DNA of 64,000 nt from Candidatus Nomurabacteria bacterium (GCA_020631855.1 JACKGU010000001.1:103601-167600), one strand, 5' to 3'; shown: positions 9,150-19,658, counted from the first letter of the stretch. Numbers and translations: made by a program. Notes: generated from the sequence alone by a model not told the origin.

Positions 9150-10785
9150 AATTTTGTCTGTTGTAGCTTCTGGCTCTGAGCTGGTTCGGGTTGAGATTGA
9201 AGTAGTTGTTAAAAAACGAGGCTTTCCCTCCTTTGAACTTGTTGGCCTTGTAGGCAAAGATGCGGTTGAATGTAAGAAACGTATCCTGTGCGCCTTTGAA
9301 AGCGCCGGTATAAGAATCAGAAATATGAAGGTTTTAGTAAATCTACGTCCTTCTAATGTAGTAAAATCCGGCGCACATTTTGATTTAGCAATATCTGCGG
9401 GTATATTGCTAGCCATTAAAAAACTTACACTAAATCGAAGCTTGTTGCTGGTGGGGGAGGTATCCCTTAGTGGACACTTTATCCCTAGTAGCTATGATGT
9501 CCTGGTTAAAATGCAACACGTCCTTAATGAGGAGCATGTTCTAATTGTTGCCGGCGAGATTGGGTTAAAAAGGCATGACTCGGTTCAAAACTTTTATTTT
9601 GTAGAATCTATAGAAGATCTTGGAGTGTTTTTAGAATCACTTTCGCGTTACCAAGATTTTGCATCCCTTCCGCCTGCTGTAGAAAAAAAGGGGATGGATA
9701 TTTTTGGATCTCTGCTTTGCTATGATTCCGAAGAAGATTCTTTGTATCGTACCGCAGAAAAAAGTTTTGATTCTATATTGGGCAATGAGAAGATCAAACG
9801 GGCTCTTGAAATATCGGCTGTCGGCAGACATAGTTTATATGTTTATGGCCCTCCGGGTTCAGGTAAAACTACACTACTTAATTCACTTGTTTTTTTGTTA
9901 CCTAAAATGGAACCCAAGGAGGCCCTAAGGTCCTCCATTCTTTATGGTTTGGAAAATTTGTCGAGTGCTTCTTCTGACCGTGCTGGGGTTACTCTTATGC
10001 CGCCGTGCCGGATACTTTCACACACTACTTCAGTCTCAAGTTTAACCGGAAAGTCAAATAGCCGCAGTATTGGGGAGCTTTCTCTGGCCCATAATGGGGT
10101 TTTAATTATGAATGAGTTAAATTTATTTTCTTCGAAGGTTTCAGATCTCATCAAGGAAGTGTTAGATGATAAAGCTTTTTATGTGATTAAAGATAGGCGC
10201 TTGGTTAAAGTACCGTCTGAGTTTATATTGCTCGCCTCAAGTAATTTATGTCCGTGCGGTTATTATGGTAGCGAAATAAAAAAATGTACCTGCTTGCCTT
10301 TTCAGGTAAGACAATTTAATTCCAAAATTTCAGGAGCATTTTTAGATAGGTTTGATATGACTGTTTATGCTGAGCAAGTTACGGATACGTCCGAAAATTA
10401 TTCTAGCGAAAAAGTTATGGCTGAAGATAAAAAATTAGTCACGAACCTCCCAGAAAAAGATTCGTACAAATTTGAACAGTTAAAAAATAAAATATTTTCT
10501 GCGGTTGAATACAGAAAAAACAGACTATTGAGTTTTCCAGACTCTGCTCAAATAAACAATAAAAATATATATACCCCTGAAATCTTTTTCCAGAAAAGTA
10601 AAATAACTTTGGAAGCCAAGATTTTCGCATTGAGTATTTTAAAATCGAATTCACTTTCAATGAGAGGCTTCAGCAAGTTTTTAGCCTTATCTAGAACCTT
10701 AGCAGATATAGACAGTGATGAAAAGATTAGAGTTCAGCATGTGGCGGAAGCCATCTCTTTTAAAGAGGCAGTTGCATTGCAATAA
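9139..10785 (+). CDS. comM: ComM/YifB-family Mg-chelatase-like AAA+ ATPase
   Basis: The N-terminal Lon-like domain, the Walker A motif 'GPPGSGKTTL', 'HNGVLIMNELNLF' and the zinc-ribbon 'CPCGYYGSEIKKCTC' are present. Confidence 0.85.
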   Translation: MPNKILSVVASGSELVRVEIEVVVKKRGFPSFELVGLVGKDAVECKKRILCAFESAGIRIRNMKVLVNLRPSNVVKSGAHFDLAISAGILLAIKKLTLNRSLLLVGEVSLSGHFIPSSYDVLVKMQHVLNEEHVLIVAGEIGLKRHDSVQNFYFVESIEDLGVFLESLSRYQDFASLPPAVEKKGMDIFGSLLCYDSEEDSLYRTAEKSFDSILGNEKIKRALEISAVGRHSLYVYGPPGSGKTTLLNSLVFLLPKMEPKEALRSSILYGLENLSSASSDRAGVTLMPPCRILSHTTSVSSLTGKSNSRSIGELSLAHNGVLIMNELNLFSSKVSDLIKEVLDDKAFYVIKDRRLVKVPSEFILLASSNLCPCGYYGSEIKKCTCLPFQVRQFNSKISGAFLDRFDMTVYAEQVTDTSENYSSEKVMAEDKKLVTNLPEKDSYKFEQLKNKIFSAVEYRKNRLLSFPDSAQINNKNIYTPEIFFQKSKITLEAKIFALSILKSNSLSMRGFSKFLALSRTLADIDSDEKIRVQHVAEAISFKEAVALQ

Positions 10786-11106
10786 TTGTTATTGTATATT
10801 TTGTTTATGGCCAATCTCATAAGATTATCAAAAGCTTTTGCTGACAAAAATAGAGTAAAGATACTACAAATGCTCAGCGAAGGCCCTTTAAATGTAAGTA
10901 CAGTAGCAGACGACCTAAATGTAGAAGAAAACTTAGCCTCCCATCATTTAAGAGTTTTACATTCTCTCGGTCTATTAAAAAACACAAAAAGAGGAAGACA
11001 GGTTTTTTATTCTCTAAATAAAGCAAAAATGGTTTCTTTAATTAGAGATCTTCGTGAAGTACCTTTTTTCAAAGAAGTTTTGGAAGAGGCGTTAACAAAA
11101 GAGTAA
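10786..11106 (+). CDS. ArsR/SmtB-family HTH transcriptional regulator
   Basis: 'LSKAFADKNRVKILQMLSEGPLNVSTVADDLNVEENLASHHLRVLHSLGLL' is a winged-HTH ArsR signature. Confidence 0.7.
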   Translation: MLLYILFMANLIRLSKAFADKNRVKILQMLSEGPLNVSTVADDLNVEENLASHHLRVLHSLGLLKNTKRGRQVFYSLNKAKMVSLIRDLREVPFFKEVLEEALTKE

Positions 11107-11122
11107 TTTTTCAAACCTTTTT

Positions 11123-11246
11123 TTATAATTTCGTTACTTAAAACTACTTGCGTGAGCTAGAAAATGTAGTTTACCCAACAGGTTGGGCTTTGCAATGCAA
11201 AAAAATTACAACAAAACACCTGTGTAAGCCGGTGATGGTTGATAAG
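11123..11246 (+). repeat. Intergenic roughly 125 bp repeat element, copy C
   Basis: TTATAATTTCGTTACTTAAAACTACTTGCGTGAGCTAG...CCCAACAGGTTGGGCTTTGCAATGCAAAAA... Confidence 0.75.
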
Positions 11247-11484
11247 ATATATATTTTCTCAATCTCTTCGCGTCTAATTAATTAATTTTTGTTTACCGAA
11301 AAGCTCTGGTTGTTGTTGCGTTTATTCTGCGGTAATTATTATGCATAGAGCTTATCCACAAGTCAGAACTAAATAGTTGATAACTTTGCAATAATTATGC
11401 GGTAATTATGTTCTTTGCTCTGAGTAGTCTATTTAGTGTAGACAGATCCGAACAACAGCTTTTTTAAGGTGTTATATTTTCTTT

Positions 11485-12177
11485 GTGAGCAGCATCACAG
11501 AATATATAAGAAGAAATTCATATGTTGTCAGTGCGATGGTCGGGCTTTTGATAGCGCTATTATTTACATTGTTTTTATTGTTTAATGCGGCACCGGAGAG
11601 CAAAAATATCTATTCAGATGATGCTTCGGATGGAACTAATAATGACAATGAGGGACCAAAGATGATATACGTCGACATAGGCGGAGCTGTTGCAAACCCG
11701 GGCCTCTACGGCTTTGAAGAGGGGGCTAGGTTGAATGATGTTCTTGTTCAGGCCGGGCCTTTTCTTGATAACGTTTCTTTTGATTGGGTTTCTAAGCAAT
11801 TAAACTTGGCCGAGCCCGTGAAAGATCACCAAAAAATTTACATACCGTTCGATTTTGATATACAGGCCGAATGTTCAGGAACGGTGGTTATAGATGAGAT
11901 TGTTTTTACTCCTCAGATCGATAATTCTTCGCGAAACAGCAATAATGAAAGGATCTCGGTTACTCCTGTTGTGGATGCTTCTGATGACGGCGATCCGCGG
12001 TTTGTAAATGTAAATACAGCTTCCGTCGAGGAGCTGGATAAGCTTCCGGGTATAGGAGATGTATATGCAGGGAGAATAGTTTTAAACAGGCCTTACGCTA
12101 ATCTGGAAGACTTAAAGACCAAAGCAGATCTATCTGACAGCGTAGTAAGCAAGATCTCAAGTTTAGTGGTTTTCTAG
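11485..12177 (+). CDS. comEA: Competence protein ComEA (SLBB domain plus helix-hairpin-helix DNA-binding domain)
   Basis: The C-terminal 'VNVNTASVEELDKLPGIGDVYAGRIV' HhH motif and the N-terminal transmembrane anchor are present. Confidence 0.8.
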   Translation: MSSITEYIRRNSYVVSAMVGLLIALLFTLFLLFNAAPESKNIYSDDASDGTNNDNEGPKMIYVDIGGAVANPGLYGFEEGARLNDVLVQAGPFLDNVSFDWVSKQLNLAEPVKDHQKIYIPFDFDIQAECSGTVVIDEIVFTPQIDNSSRNSNNERISVTPVVDASDDGDPRFVNVNTASVEELDKLPGIGDVYAGRIVLNRPYANLEDLKTKADLSDSVVSKISSLVVF

Positions 12178-13346
12178 TGTTTTGGTTAAAGAAGCATTGG
12201 TTTCATTTAACTTTTCTCTTGTTGTGTCTCGTTCGAGTTGGGCATTATTTTTATGATGTTCAGGGCGGCCTTATATGTATAAGAGAGCGTGTTTTTACAT
12301 CTTCGAGGGAAAGCTCAGAGACTCCGATAGCGGTTCCGGGATCTTTTTTCAGCACAACTGCTTATAGAGTTAGGGGAGTGCTGTTCGTTTTTCGTGAAAA
12401 AGTTGACTTGTTTAAAAAACTAACAACGCTCTTAGTTCGAAGGTCTTTGCCTAGTCCACATAGTGAGCTGCTTTTGGGCAGCACCCTCGGTATAAATGAT
12501 TTATCTCTCGTGCCCAGGTTTAACGACGTCGTGGTCGTAACCGGCACTATACATGTGATTGTAGTGTCGGGGTACAATATATCTTTGGTTTCAGGCATGG
12601 TCACCCGAGCTCTTGGCTCGAAGTACAGAAGAAAAAACTTTATTATTGCGAGCTTAGGCACATTTGTGTATGCGGTAATATCAGGATTTGAGCCTCCGGT
12701 TATTCGTGCTTGGATAATGGGGACGATAGCCTCTTACGGAACTTTTTTGGGGAGAAAAAATGATATCGTAGGGGTTTTATTTGTATCTGCCGAATCTATG
12801 CTGTTGGTTCAGCCGGCTTTTATATGTAGCTTAAGTTTTCAATTAAGTTTTCTTGCAACCTTGAGCTTGTTGTTTTTTTCTTTTGCGGTATCAAGGGTAC
12901 TTAGTTTTATAAATAAAAGCCGCCTTGGTAGGTTATTTTATCAGGATCTGGTGGCAACTGTTTCTGCACAGATTTTGGTCTTGCCGTTAATAGCTTTTTC
13001 TTTCGGACGTATTAGTCTTGTTTCTTTTGTTGCGAATGCTTTATTACTTTGGACAGTGCCTTTAGCCACAGTTTACGGATTGGCGTTGCTTGCTGTGCTT
13101 TATTTAAGTTATTTCCTCAATTTTTGGCCATTTGTCTTTTTGGCTAAAATAATTTCAGCATTTGTTTTTGTTTTTTTAGATATTTTTATTAGGGGTGTGT
13201 ATTTTTTTGCCGCCGTCCCGTACGCTAACATAGATTTTAAAATGCCTCTAAGAGTTTTACTTATGTATTACTTTGCGTGTTTTCTAGTGGTTCTGGCGCC
13301 AAAGTTTTTTTCTCGTTTAAAAATTTTTTCTTCCGAGAAAGCCTAG
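12177..13346 (+). CDS. comEC: ComEC/Rec2 membrane competence-domain portion (N-terminal part of a split comEC)
   Basis: It is a polytopic membrane protein carrying the competence-domain motif 'GTIHVIVVSGYNISLVSGM' (compare GxxHxLxISGxH). The start overlaps the comEA stop. Confidence 0.7.
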   Translation: MFWLKKHWFHLTFLLLCLVRVGHYFYDVQGGLICIRERVFTSSRESSETPIAVPGSFFSTTAYRVRGVLFVFREKVDLFKKLTTLLVRRSLPSPHSELLLGSTLGINDLSLVPRFNDVVVVTGTIHVIVVSGYNISLVSGMVTRALGSKYRRKNFIIASLGTFVYAVISGFEPPVIRAWIMGTIASYGTFLGRKNDIVGVLFVSAESMLLVQPAFICSLSFQLSFLATLSLLFFSFAVSRVLSFINKSRLGRLFYQDLVATVSAQILVLPLIAFSFGRISLVSFVANALLLWTVPLATVYGLALLAVLYLSYFLNFWPFVFLAKIISAFVFVFLDIFIRGVYFFAAVPYANIDFKMPLRVLLMYYFACFLVVLAPKFFSRLKIFSSEKA

Positions 13347-13374
13347 TCATAACCTTGTGTTTATGTAGGATATC

Positions 13375-14253
13375 ATGCTTAAACATTTAGCCATTGCTAC
13401 TTTATATTATTTAATTCTAGGGTCTATTGAGCTTTTGGGCCTGTATTCTAATATTCAGCCAGCTATAAAAGCCTACGATGTAGGTCAGGGAGATGCGCTT
13501 GTTTTAATAACTGAAAAAGGAGAAAAGGTTCTTGTTGATGGAGGTCCGAGCTTTGATCTTGACTACAAATTGCTTTCAGACTTTCCTTCTATGGATTTTT
13601 GTCCTATAGATGTTGTTGTGCTTACACATCCTCATGCAGATCATTTGCAAGGATTATATAGATACGTGTTGAGATGCTCGCCTAATTATATTGTTTTTGA
13701 TAACGCTATTTATGATTCGAAGTTATATTTTGATTTTAAAAATGAAGTTGAACGGCATGTTATGGAAAATACTTCCGTTCATTTAACTTCGAATCAGTTT
13801 AAAAGTAATTTGTTGGGGATTGAGGTGTTGTGGCCGCCTGAAAATTTTGATTTTCGACGTGTTGATAATATTAATAATGTCTCGATAGTGTTGTTTTACA
13901 ATTCTAAGGCGGCCACCCCAGCTTTACTACTAGGTGACTTAGAAAAAGACTCTCAAAGCCTGATGCTACGTGAAATACTTTTTGAGAATGAGGGGAATGA
14001 GATTCCCTTTAATTATAATCGATTCAGCGGCACGTCTTCTAAGCAGAGTGCCGTACTAAAACTTGCACACCATGGGGCAGAAAACGGGCTGAACAGGCAG
14101 TTGTTTAATATTTTTTCTCCTTCTGAATGTTTAATAAGTGTTGGGGAGAAAAATTCATATGGACATCCCTCGAGCATTACTTTGAAATATGCAGAAAACT
14201 TTTGTGAAATACTACAGACCGAAATATTAGGAGATATTACTCTACCTCTGTGA
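13375..14253 (+). CDS. comEC: MBL-fold metallo-hydrolase corresponding to the ComEC C-terminal beta-lactamase domain (second part of the split comEC)
   Basis: 'DVGQGDALVLI' and the 'HPHADHLQG' HxHxDH motif are present. It sits 29 nt after the previous ORF in a different frame. Confidence 0.7.
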   Translation: MLKHLAIATLYYLILGSIELLGLYSNIQPAIKAYDVGQGDALVLITEKGEKVLVDGGPSFDLDYKLLSDFPSMDFCPIDVVVLTHPHADHLQGLYRYVLRCSPNYIVFDNAIYDSKLYFDFKNEVERHVMENTSVHLTSNQFKSNLLGIEVLWPPENFDFRRVDNINNVSIVLFYNSKAATPALLLGDLEKDSQSLMLREILFENEGNEIPFNYNRFSGTSSKQSAVLKLAHHGAENGLNRQLFNIFSPSECLISVGEKNSYGHPSSITLKYAENFCEILQTEILGDITLPL

Positions 14254-14343
14254 TAAAAGCAAAATTTTAAAATTTCGTTTTAGGGCGGTCTTTGTGTTAG
14301 TAAATAGGCTGTCCTTGTAGTTCTGTTCTGCTATACTTACACC

Positions 14344-16335
14344 ATGCAAAATCTACAACACAGCATTTCGATTAAGCTTATTGAGCTTGTGAAAAGAGAG
14401 TACTCGTTGGACATAGATTATGAAACAGCTGTTTTAGAGAAACCTAAAAAAGAGGAATGGGGGGATTTAGCCTCTACGGTAGCACTGAAAATTTCTTCAA
14501 AGGCCGGTCATAGTCCGGCGGATATTGCAAAGAAACTGTGTTTTCTATTAAACAATGAAGAATTCACATTTACGTTTAACGACGTTGTATATCCAATTTT
14601 TGAAAAGATCGATTTTGCTTTTCCTGGATTTATAAATTTTAAGTTTTCTGTTCCTTATTTATTAAACTATGCGCTAGAACTTTCTTCTAAAGGTTTAAAT
14701 GTCAAAGATCAAAAAAGACCAAACATCTCGCTTAAAATTGCTCTTGAGCACTCAAATGTTAATCCAAATAAAGCAGCGCATGTTGGACATTTACGGAACG
14801 CTTGCATAGGGCAGTTTATTGAACGTGTGTACGAAAAAATGGGCCATGATGTCAATGTCCAATATTATGAGGATGATCTGGGTGTCCAGGTTTCCACCTC
14901 TCTTATGGGCACAATGGAGCTTAAAGATATTAATCCTTCTGACTACGAGAAGTTCGACCACTATGCGTGGGATGTTTACGCGAAGATGGAAAGTTTGATT
15001 GTTCAAGATGAAAATCTTCAAAAAAAACGCGAGCACTTAATGCAAAGGCTAGAAGATAGTAAAGACGAGATATCAGTAGAGCAATCCAAGCTTGCTGATA
15101 GAATTCTCAAAGACCAGCTGGTTACGTTTGGAAAATTGGACTTCGATTACGACGTCATAATTAGAGAAAAAGATATTGTTTCTCTTGGGTTATGGAATCG
15201 TGCTTTTGAGAAGCTTAAAACAAACCCTAATGTGTATTTAGCAACAAGCGGCCCTTCTAAAGGTTGCTGGATGATTAACATGTCCGGTGACAAAAACGAA
15301 GATGCCGGATCTTTAATTTCTGATAGCGAGAATCAGGAAGAAATCTCAGTCCAAGAACCTCTAGGTGGGGGCCGTGTTATTGAAGAAGATAAAGTTATTG
15401 TAAGATCTAATGGAGTTCCGACATATACGGGCAAGGACATTGCATACCACATGTGGAAATATGGTTTGTTGGGGTTGGATTTTTATTACAGAGAGCTTGA
15501 TATTGGGACACAGAAAAAGATTTTATGGACCACTTCGTCTGAAGAATCAGATATTTCAAAAGATGTGTCTTTTTCCAAAAATGATTACGTTATTGATGTT
15601 ATTGATGTAAAGCAAACCTACGCCATCGATGTGGTCCGAGCCTCCTTAAGTTATTTGGGATATACTTCTGAGGCCGAAAATATGACCCATGTAAACTACG
15701 GTTTCGTTTACCTGTCTCCTAAAACTGCAGAAAAAATGGGAATTGATACTTCCGATGGAAAAACACAATATGCCATGAGCGGCCGTAAAGGTTGGGGCAT
15801 TAAAGTAGATGATTTAATAGAGATGGTAGATAGCAAGCTACGGGCGGAATACGGGGACTTTAAGAATGTTAATGATGTTAGGAACGGGGCTATAAAATTT
15901 GAAATGCTCAGATACAACACTTTTCAGGATATTGTTTTCGATCTTGATGCCGCTCTTAGCTTAAACGGATTCTCAGGGCCTTATATTCAATATACTCATG
16001 CCCGAACATTCTCGATTTTGGAGAAAGGGGCTTTTCAAGAAATTGATTTTTATTCTTTACCAACATCTTTACATGAACGCGAGGTTGCTGTTCTGGCTCA
16101 GTTAGCTAAATTCTCCTCGGTTGTTTTGGAGGCGGCATATGAATTTGCTCCCAATAACCTCTGTAACTATCTTTTCGAATTGGCACAGAAATACAATACG
16201 TTTTACAACGAGCTCCCTATACTGAGTAGTCCTCAGGAAGAAAAAAAAGTAAGAATGGCAATAACCGAGTCTGTAAAGGCAGTAATAACCGAAGGCCTTT
16301 TTTTGATAGGCATAACTGCCCCGAATCGTATGTAG
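14344..16335 (+). CDS. argS: Arginine--tRNA ligase
   Basis: The class I 'HVGHLRN' (HIGH) motif, a C-terminal DALR anticodon-binding region and the typical roughly 600 aa length (with an insertion) are present. Confidence 0.85.
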   Translation: MQNLQHSISIKLIELVKREYSLDIDYETAVLEKPKKEEWGDLASTVALKISSKAGHSPADIAKKLCFLLNNEEFTFTFNDVVYPIFEKIDFAFPGFINFKFSVPYLLNYALELSSKGLNVKDQKRPNISLKIALEHSNVNPNKAAHVGHLRNACIGQFIERVYEKMGHDVNVQYYEDDLGVQVSTSLMGTMELKDINPSDYEKFDHYAWDVYAKMESLIVQDENLQKKREHLMQRLEDSKDEISVEQSKLADRILKDQLVTFGKLDFDYDVIIREKDIVSLGLWNRAFEKLKTNPNVYLATSGPSKGCWMINMSGDKNEDAGSLISDSENQEEISVQEPLGGGRVIEEDKVIVRSNGVPTYTGKDIAYHMWKYGLLGLDFYYRELDIGTQKKILWTTSSEESDISKDVSFSKNDYVIDVIDVKQTYAIDVVRASLSYLGYTSEAENMTHVNYGFVYLSPKTAEKMGIDTSDGKTQYAMSGRKGWGIKVDDLIEMVDSKLRAEYGDFKNVNDVRNGAIKFEMLRYNTFQDIVFDLDAALSLNGFSGPYIQYTHARTFSILEKGAFQEIDFYSLPTSLHEREVAVLAQLAKFSSVVLEAAYEFAPNNLCNYLFELAQKYNTFYNELPILSSPQEEKKVRMAITESVKAVITEGLFLIGITAPNRM

Positions 16336-16353
16336 TGTTGTATAATATTAGCA

Positions 16354-17349
16354 ATGTTTGGGCGACGATCTTACTCACGAACCACTAAACCGGGAATTGT
16401 AAAAAGGATAATTAGAACTACTGTTTCTAGTGTGGTGCTAGGAGGATTCATTTTTGCTATATCGTATGCAGTGAAATTGGGCTCCGAGATTAATATTGAA
16501 CGTTTGGCGTCTCTCTCAACGCCATTAACAGAAAAGATCGGTTTATCTCAGGAAGAAGTTGGGCAGGTAGCAGGAGAATTTGTTTCCAGAATATCCGACA
16601 CCGGCGTGCATCAAACCCCTGACATTTCAGTGTCAGCGAAATCCAACAAGTTACGCTTTTTAGTTATATCTGATTCTCATGACGACAATATAAATTTAGA
16701 GAATGCCATAAATTACGCGGATAAAGAGGGCGTGTCTTTTATAGCGCATTTAGGGGATTTAACAGACTGGGGCGACCTGGAAAGTTTAAATGAGGCCCGA
16801 GGTGTTTTGTACGAAAGTTCTGTGCCTAGCTATGTATTGCCCGGAGACCATGATCAAGGGCAGACCGGAGATTTAAGCAACTTTATAAATGTTTTTGAAA
16901 GTCCAAACAGAGTTATTACAATTCAAGGCGAGAAGATTGTCTTTTTTGATAATAGTGCTAATTTCACTCCCTTAAGCCAAGAAGATTTAGCTTGGTTTGA
17001 AAATAACATTCGTGGGGCTAAAATAGTTTTATTAGCTCAGCCTTTGTATCACCCCATTGTAAACGCCACTTTTGGCGTTATGGGCGTTTTTCAAGGTGAA
17101 AAAACTCCAGAAGTTTATGATCAGGCCCAGCTTCTGCTTGGCTATATTAGAGATTCTCAGGTTGAGGTTGTTATAGCGGGGGATAGGCATAATTTTAGTA
17201 AAAACAGTGACCCGGTTAGAAAATCTTTAACTCATGTAGTTTCTGGTGCTTTGGGCGATGAAGCGAATAAACTTATGAGTCCGAGAGTACTGCTCGTAAG
17301 CATTGATACTCAAGGCTCGGTTACTGTAGAAGATGTTGTTATAGAATAA
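16354..17349 (+). CDS. Membrane-anchored calcineurin-like metallophosphoesterase
   Basis: 'LVISDSHDD', 'HLGDLTDWGD' and 'VLPGDHD' are phosphoesterase motifs. An N-terminal transmembrane helix is present. Confidence 0.65.
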   Translation: MFGRRSYSRTTKPGIVKRIIRTTVSSVVLGGFIFAISYAVKLGSEINIERLASLSTPLTEKIGLSQEEVGQVAGEFVSRISDTGVHQTPDISVSAKSNKLRFLVISDSHDDNINLENAINYADKEGVSFIAHLGDLTDWGDLESLNEARGVLYESSVPSYVLPGDHDQGQTGDLSNFINVFESPNRVITIQGEKIVFFDNSANFTPLSQEDLAWFENNIRGAKIVLLAQPLYHPIVNATFGVMGVFQGEKTPEVYDQAQLLLGYIRDSQVEVVIAGDRHNFSKNSDPVRKSLTHVVSGALGDEANKLMSPRVLLVSIDTQGSVTVEDVVIE

Positions 17350-17460
17350 TTTTCTAAGGAGCAACCTTTTGCCCATAGGCCTACTTTCTATTTATCACTT
17401 CCTCATTTTTGAAGTTCGTTAAGTCTATTGTGGCTTTGGGTTATTTGGCGCCGTTTTTAA

Positions 17461-18042
17461 TCAATATCCGTACAAGTCTTCATGCACTCTTCGATATGAG
17501 ATTATTTCTTCAGGCTTGAACCACAGAGAGATCTCAAATTTTGCTTCGGGCTCGTTTCCCGACGCGTGGATTATGTTGAAAACTGTTCTTTTCCTGACGA
17601 CTGATGTGTATGAAGATTCCGAACTATAGTCGCCTCTAATTGTTCCCGCCGGGGCTTCGTTTGCAAATGTGGGTCCTACTAAAACTCTAATCTTCTGAAC
17701 CGCGTTAACTCCCTCAAGCACAAAGGCTAGTACGGGACCGGAAACTAAATAGTCGTGGTTAGCTTTATTCACCAAAGCACCTATTTCTATTGGCTCAGTT
17801 GTGCCGTATAAATCCATAATATCTAAATTGTGTTTTTCCGCATCTTCAAGCCTTATTTTACCTATTTTAATCTTCCATTCATCATCTTTTTCGTAATGTC
17901 TTTCGGCCAGTTCTCTGGTTGGTACAATCAGCTTAGCGCCTACAATCTTTAGATTGGCTCTTTCGAATCTGTTTAATATTTCCCCGACTATTCCTCTTTT
18001 TACTGCCTCGGGCTTTATTAGTACTAAAGATTGTTGTATCAT
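17461..18042 (-). CDS. ndk: Nucleoside diphosphate kinase (with an internal insertion)
   Basis: 'LVLIKPEAVKRGIVGEIL' and the active-site 'NIIHASG' (NxxHgSD) are present. Confidence 0.8.
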   Translation of the reverse strand: MIQQSLVLIKPEAVKRGIVGEILNRFERANLKIVGAKLIVPTRELAERHYEKDDEWKIKIGKIRLEDAEKHNLDIMDLYGTTEPIEIGALVNKANHDYLVSGPVLAFVLEGVNAVQKIRVLVGPTFANEAPAGTIRGDYSSESSYTSVVRKRTVFNIIHASGNEPEAKFEISLWFKPEEIISYRRVHEDLYGY

Positions 18043-18176
18043 TTTATTCTCCCAAATTTAAATTTTTTCCCTTAATTTGCGGGACGCCGTGTGAGCTGGA
18101 TAAAATTTAAGTAAGTTACTTAATCAGCTACAAGTTCTCATGGAGTATAGCATAAATTATTTGGTTAAGAACAGCT

Positions 18177-18593
18177 TTATCCGGTCTTTATAAGTTGATT
18201 TTTTGTCGATAAACCCAGAATAAAAGGATAGGCAACAAAAAGAAAAACATAGTTGTCTAACGAAAGTACTTTTGTTGGATTTTGTAGAAAGTTATACCAA
18301 GTAGTTAGCCCAACATAAGACGCAAGTAAATTCAATATTATTGCAGTTGTTAGGATTTGAAGTCCTAAGATGAAATATTTTGCCCAGTCCAGCCTGGTCG
18401 CGTTATTTTTAAGCGGGCAGGTATTACGCCCTAGCAGTTGATACACCACGCACCATCCGGCTAAAGCTTCGTAAAGAGTGAAAAGGCCCCAAAGTGCTGC
18501 CGAGGTACTTCTGGTTGCGAGAGCGATTACAAGCAGAGCTGCCCCTAATGCAAATCTTAATAGTCTATCGTGGCGTCCAAGGTTTTGTTTCAT
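18177..18593 (-). CDS. Small membrane protein, DUF2892/YgaP-like
   Basis: It has two or three transmembrane helices and an N-terminal 'RLLRFALGAALLVIAL...GWCVVYQLLGRNTCP' pattern. Confidence 0.4.
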   Translation of the reverse strand: MKQNLGRHDRLLRFALGAALLVIALATRSTSAALWGLFTLYEALAGWCVVYQLLGRNTCPLKNNATRLDWAKYFILGLQILTTAIILNLLASYVGLTTWYNFLQNPTKVLSLDNYVFLFVAYPFILGLSTKNQLIKTG

Positions 18594-18694
18594 GCATCAA
18601 GCATATCACTTCAGAGGGAACTTTGTTTATATTTGTGTTTTACAAAATCGTGGATTTCCGGCGCTCGAAGTCTTGGGCATCACAGGGTATTCCG

Positions 18695-19402
18695 TTAAAT
18701 TCTTTCAAGAATGTATTTTAGCTCCAGGCTCTGTTCTCCCATAGCGTCAAAGGGACTTTCAATTATTATAGGCAGCCCCTTATCTTTAATCCAGCTAATT
18801 ATTTCATCTTGCTTTGTCCTGAAAAGCGGGTAGTGAATTTCTTTCTCGTCGTAGCCGCTTAAATGATACTCAACAACCCGACCTTCAAAAACTTCTTGAA
18901 AATCTTCTGCTAGTTTTCCGGTCGGGTCGTTTTCAAAACAGTGTTGTAGGCCCAGCGTGAGTTTAAAGTCGTATTTGTCTAAAATGGATCCCATATCTTT
19001 AATTGATTTGCCGAAATTTTTTCGTTTGTCCATATTCTCAACAGATAGTGGCATTTTGTTGAAGCTGTTAAACCAATCCCAATCATCAATTATGTCTGCA
19101 TGAAAAACAATGTTTTGAAGATTATGCTTGTGGTGAATTTTTTCTAATTTGTGTAAAATTCTGTTTGAATCCGTGTCGTTTTTGTAATTTCTTACCGGTG
19201 CGTGAAGCGAGACGTATTGGTATTCCGAGAAGTCTGAATCAGTGTCTATTACATAATCAATTAAGCTTTCATCAATAGCATTTATTTCGATAGCATTGAG
19301 GCTCCTGTCTTTATGAAAAAGACTCATGATTTCTTCCGAAAATCTTTCAAGGGAGGTTGTGTTTATTTTATAAAAAACTCCGTTTCCGAAACCAATAGTC
19401 AT
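18695..19402 (-). CDS. Hypothetical protein, possibly a sugar-phosphate isomerase/epimerase-like TIM barrel
   Basis: Only weak motifs are present ('YVSLHAP', 'EYHLSG'). Confidence 0.3.
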   Translation of the reverse strand: MTIGFGNGVFYKINTTSLERFSEEIMSLFHKDRSLNAIEINAIDESLIDYVIDTDSDFSEYQYVSLHAPVRNYKNDTDSNRILHKLEKIHHKHNLQNIVFHADIIDDWDWFNSFNKMPLSVENMDKRKNFGKSIKDMGSILDKYDFKLTLGLQHCFENDPTGKLAEDFQEVFEGRVVEYHLSGYDEKEIHYPLFRTKQDEIISWIKDKGLPIIIESPFDAMGEQSLELKYILERI

Positions 19403-19439
19403 TTTCGGTAACCTTTCTTTTCCCCCTAGTTATATTTTG

Positions 19440-19527
19440 TGGCGGAGGGGGAGGGATTCGAACCCTCGTGTGCTTTCACACGCACGGTTTTCAAGACCGG
19501 CCAGATAAACCACTCCTGCACCCCTCC
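19440..19527 (-). tRNA. tRNA-Ser (anticodon UGA), type II with a long variable arm, CCA encoded
   Basis: The reverse-complement folds with acceptor GGAGGGG/CCCCTCC, anticodon loop CT-TGA-AA, variable stem GTGTG/CACAC and T-arm GAGGGTTCGAATCCCTC. Confidence 0.8.
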
Positions 19528-19658
19528 AAGGGTTTTTGTTAGTTTCGAGTATATCATAAAGCCCCCATTTTTAGTGTTTTTCTGTTAAAATATACCTGCT
19601 TGGTATTAAGTTGTGGCGGCTATTGTCGGTATATGAGATTAAGCCGTTTACAAAATCT

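Noticed and set aside
11353-11361. Exact DnaA-box 9-mer TTATCCACA upstream of comEA, plus direct repeats TGCGGTAATTAT x2 (11327 and 11397)
   Set aside because: A single 9-mer match is expected by chance about 0.5 times in 64 kb. There is no dnaA or dnaN nearby and no cluster of boxes. The direct repeats may be an operator but are too short to call.
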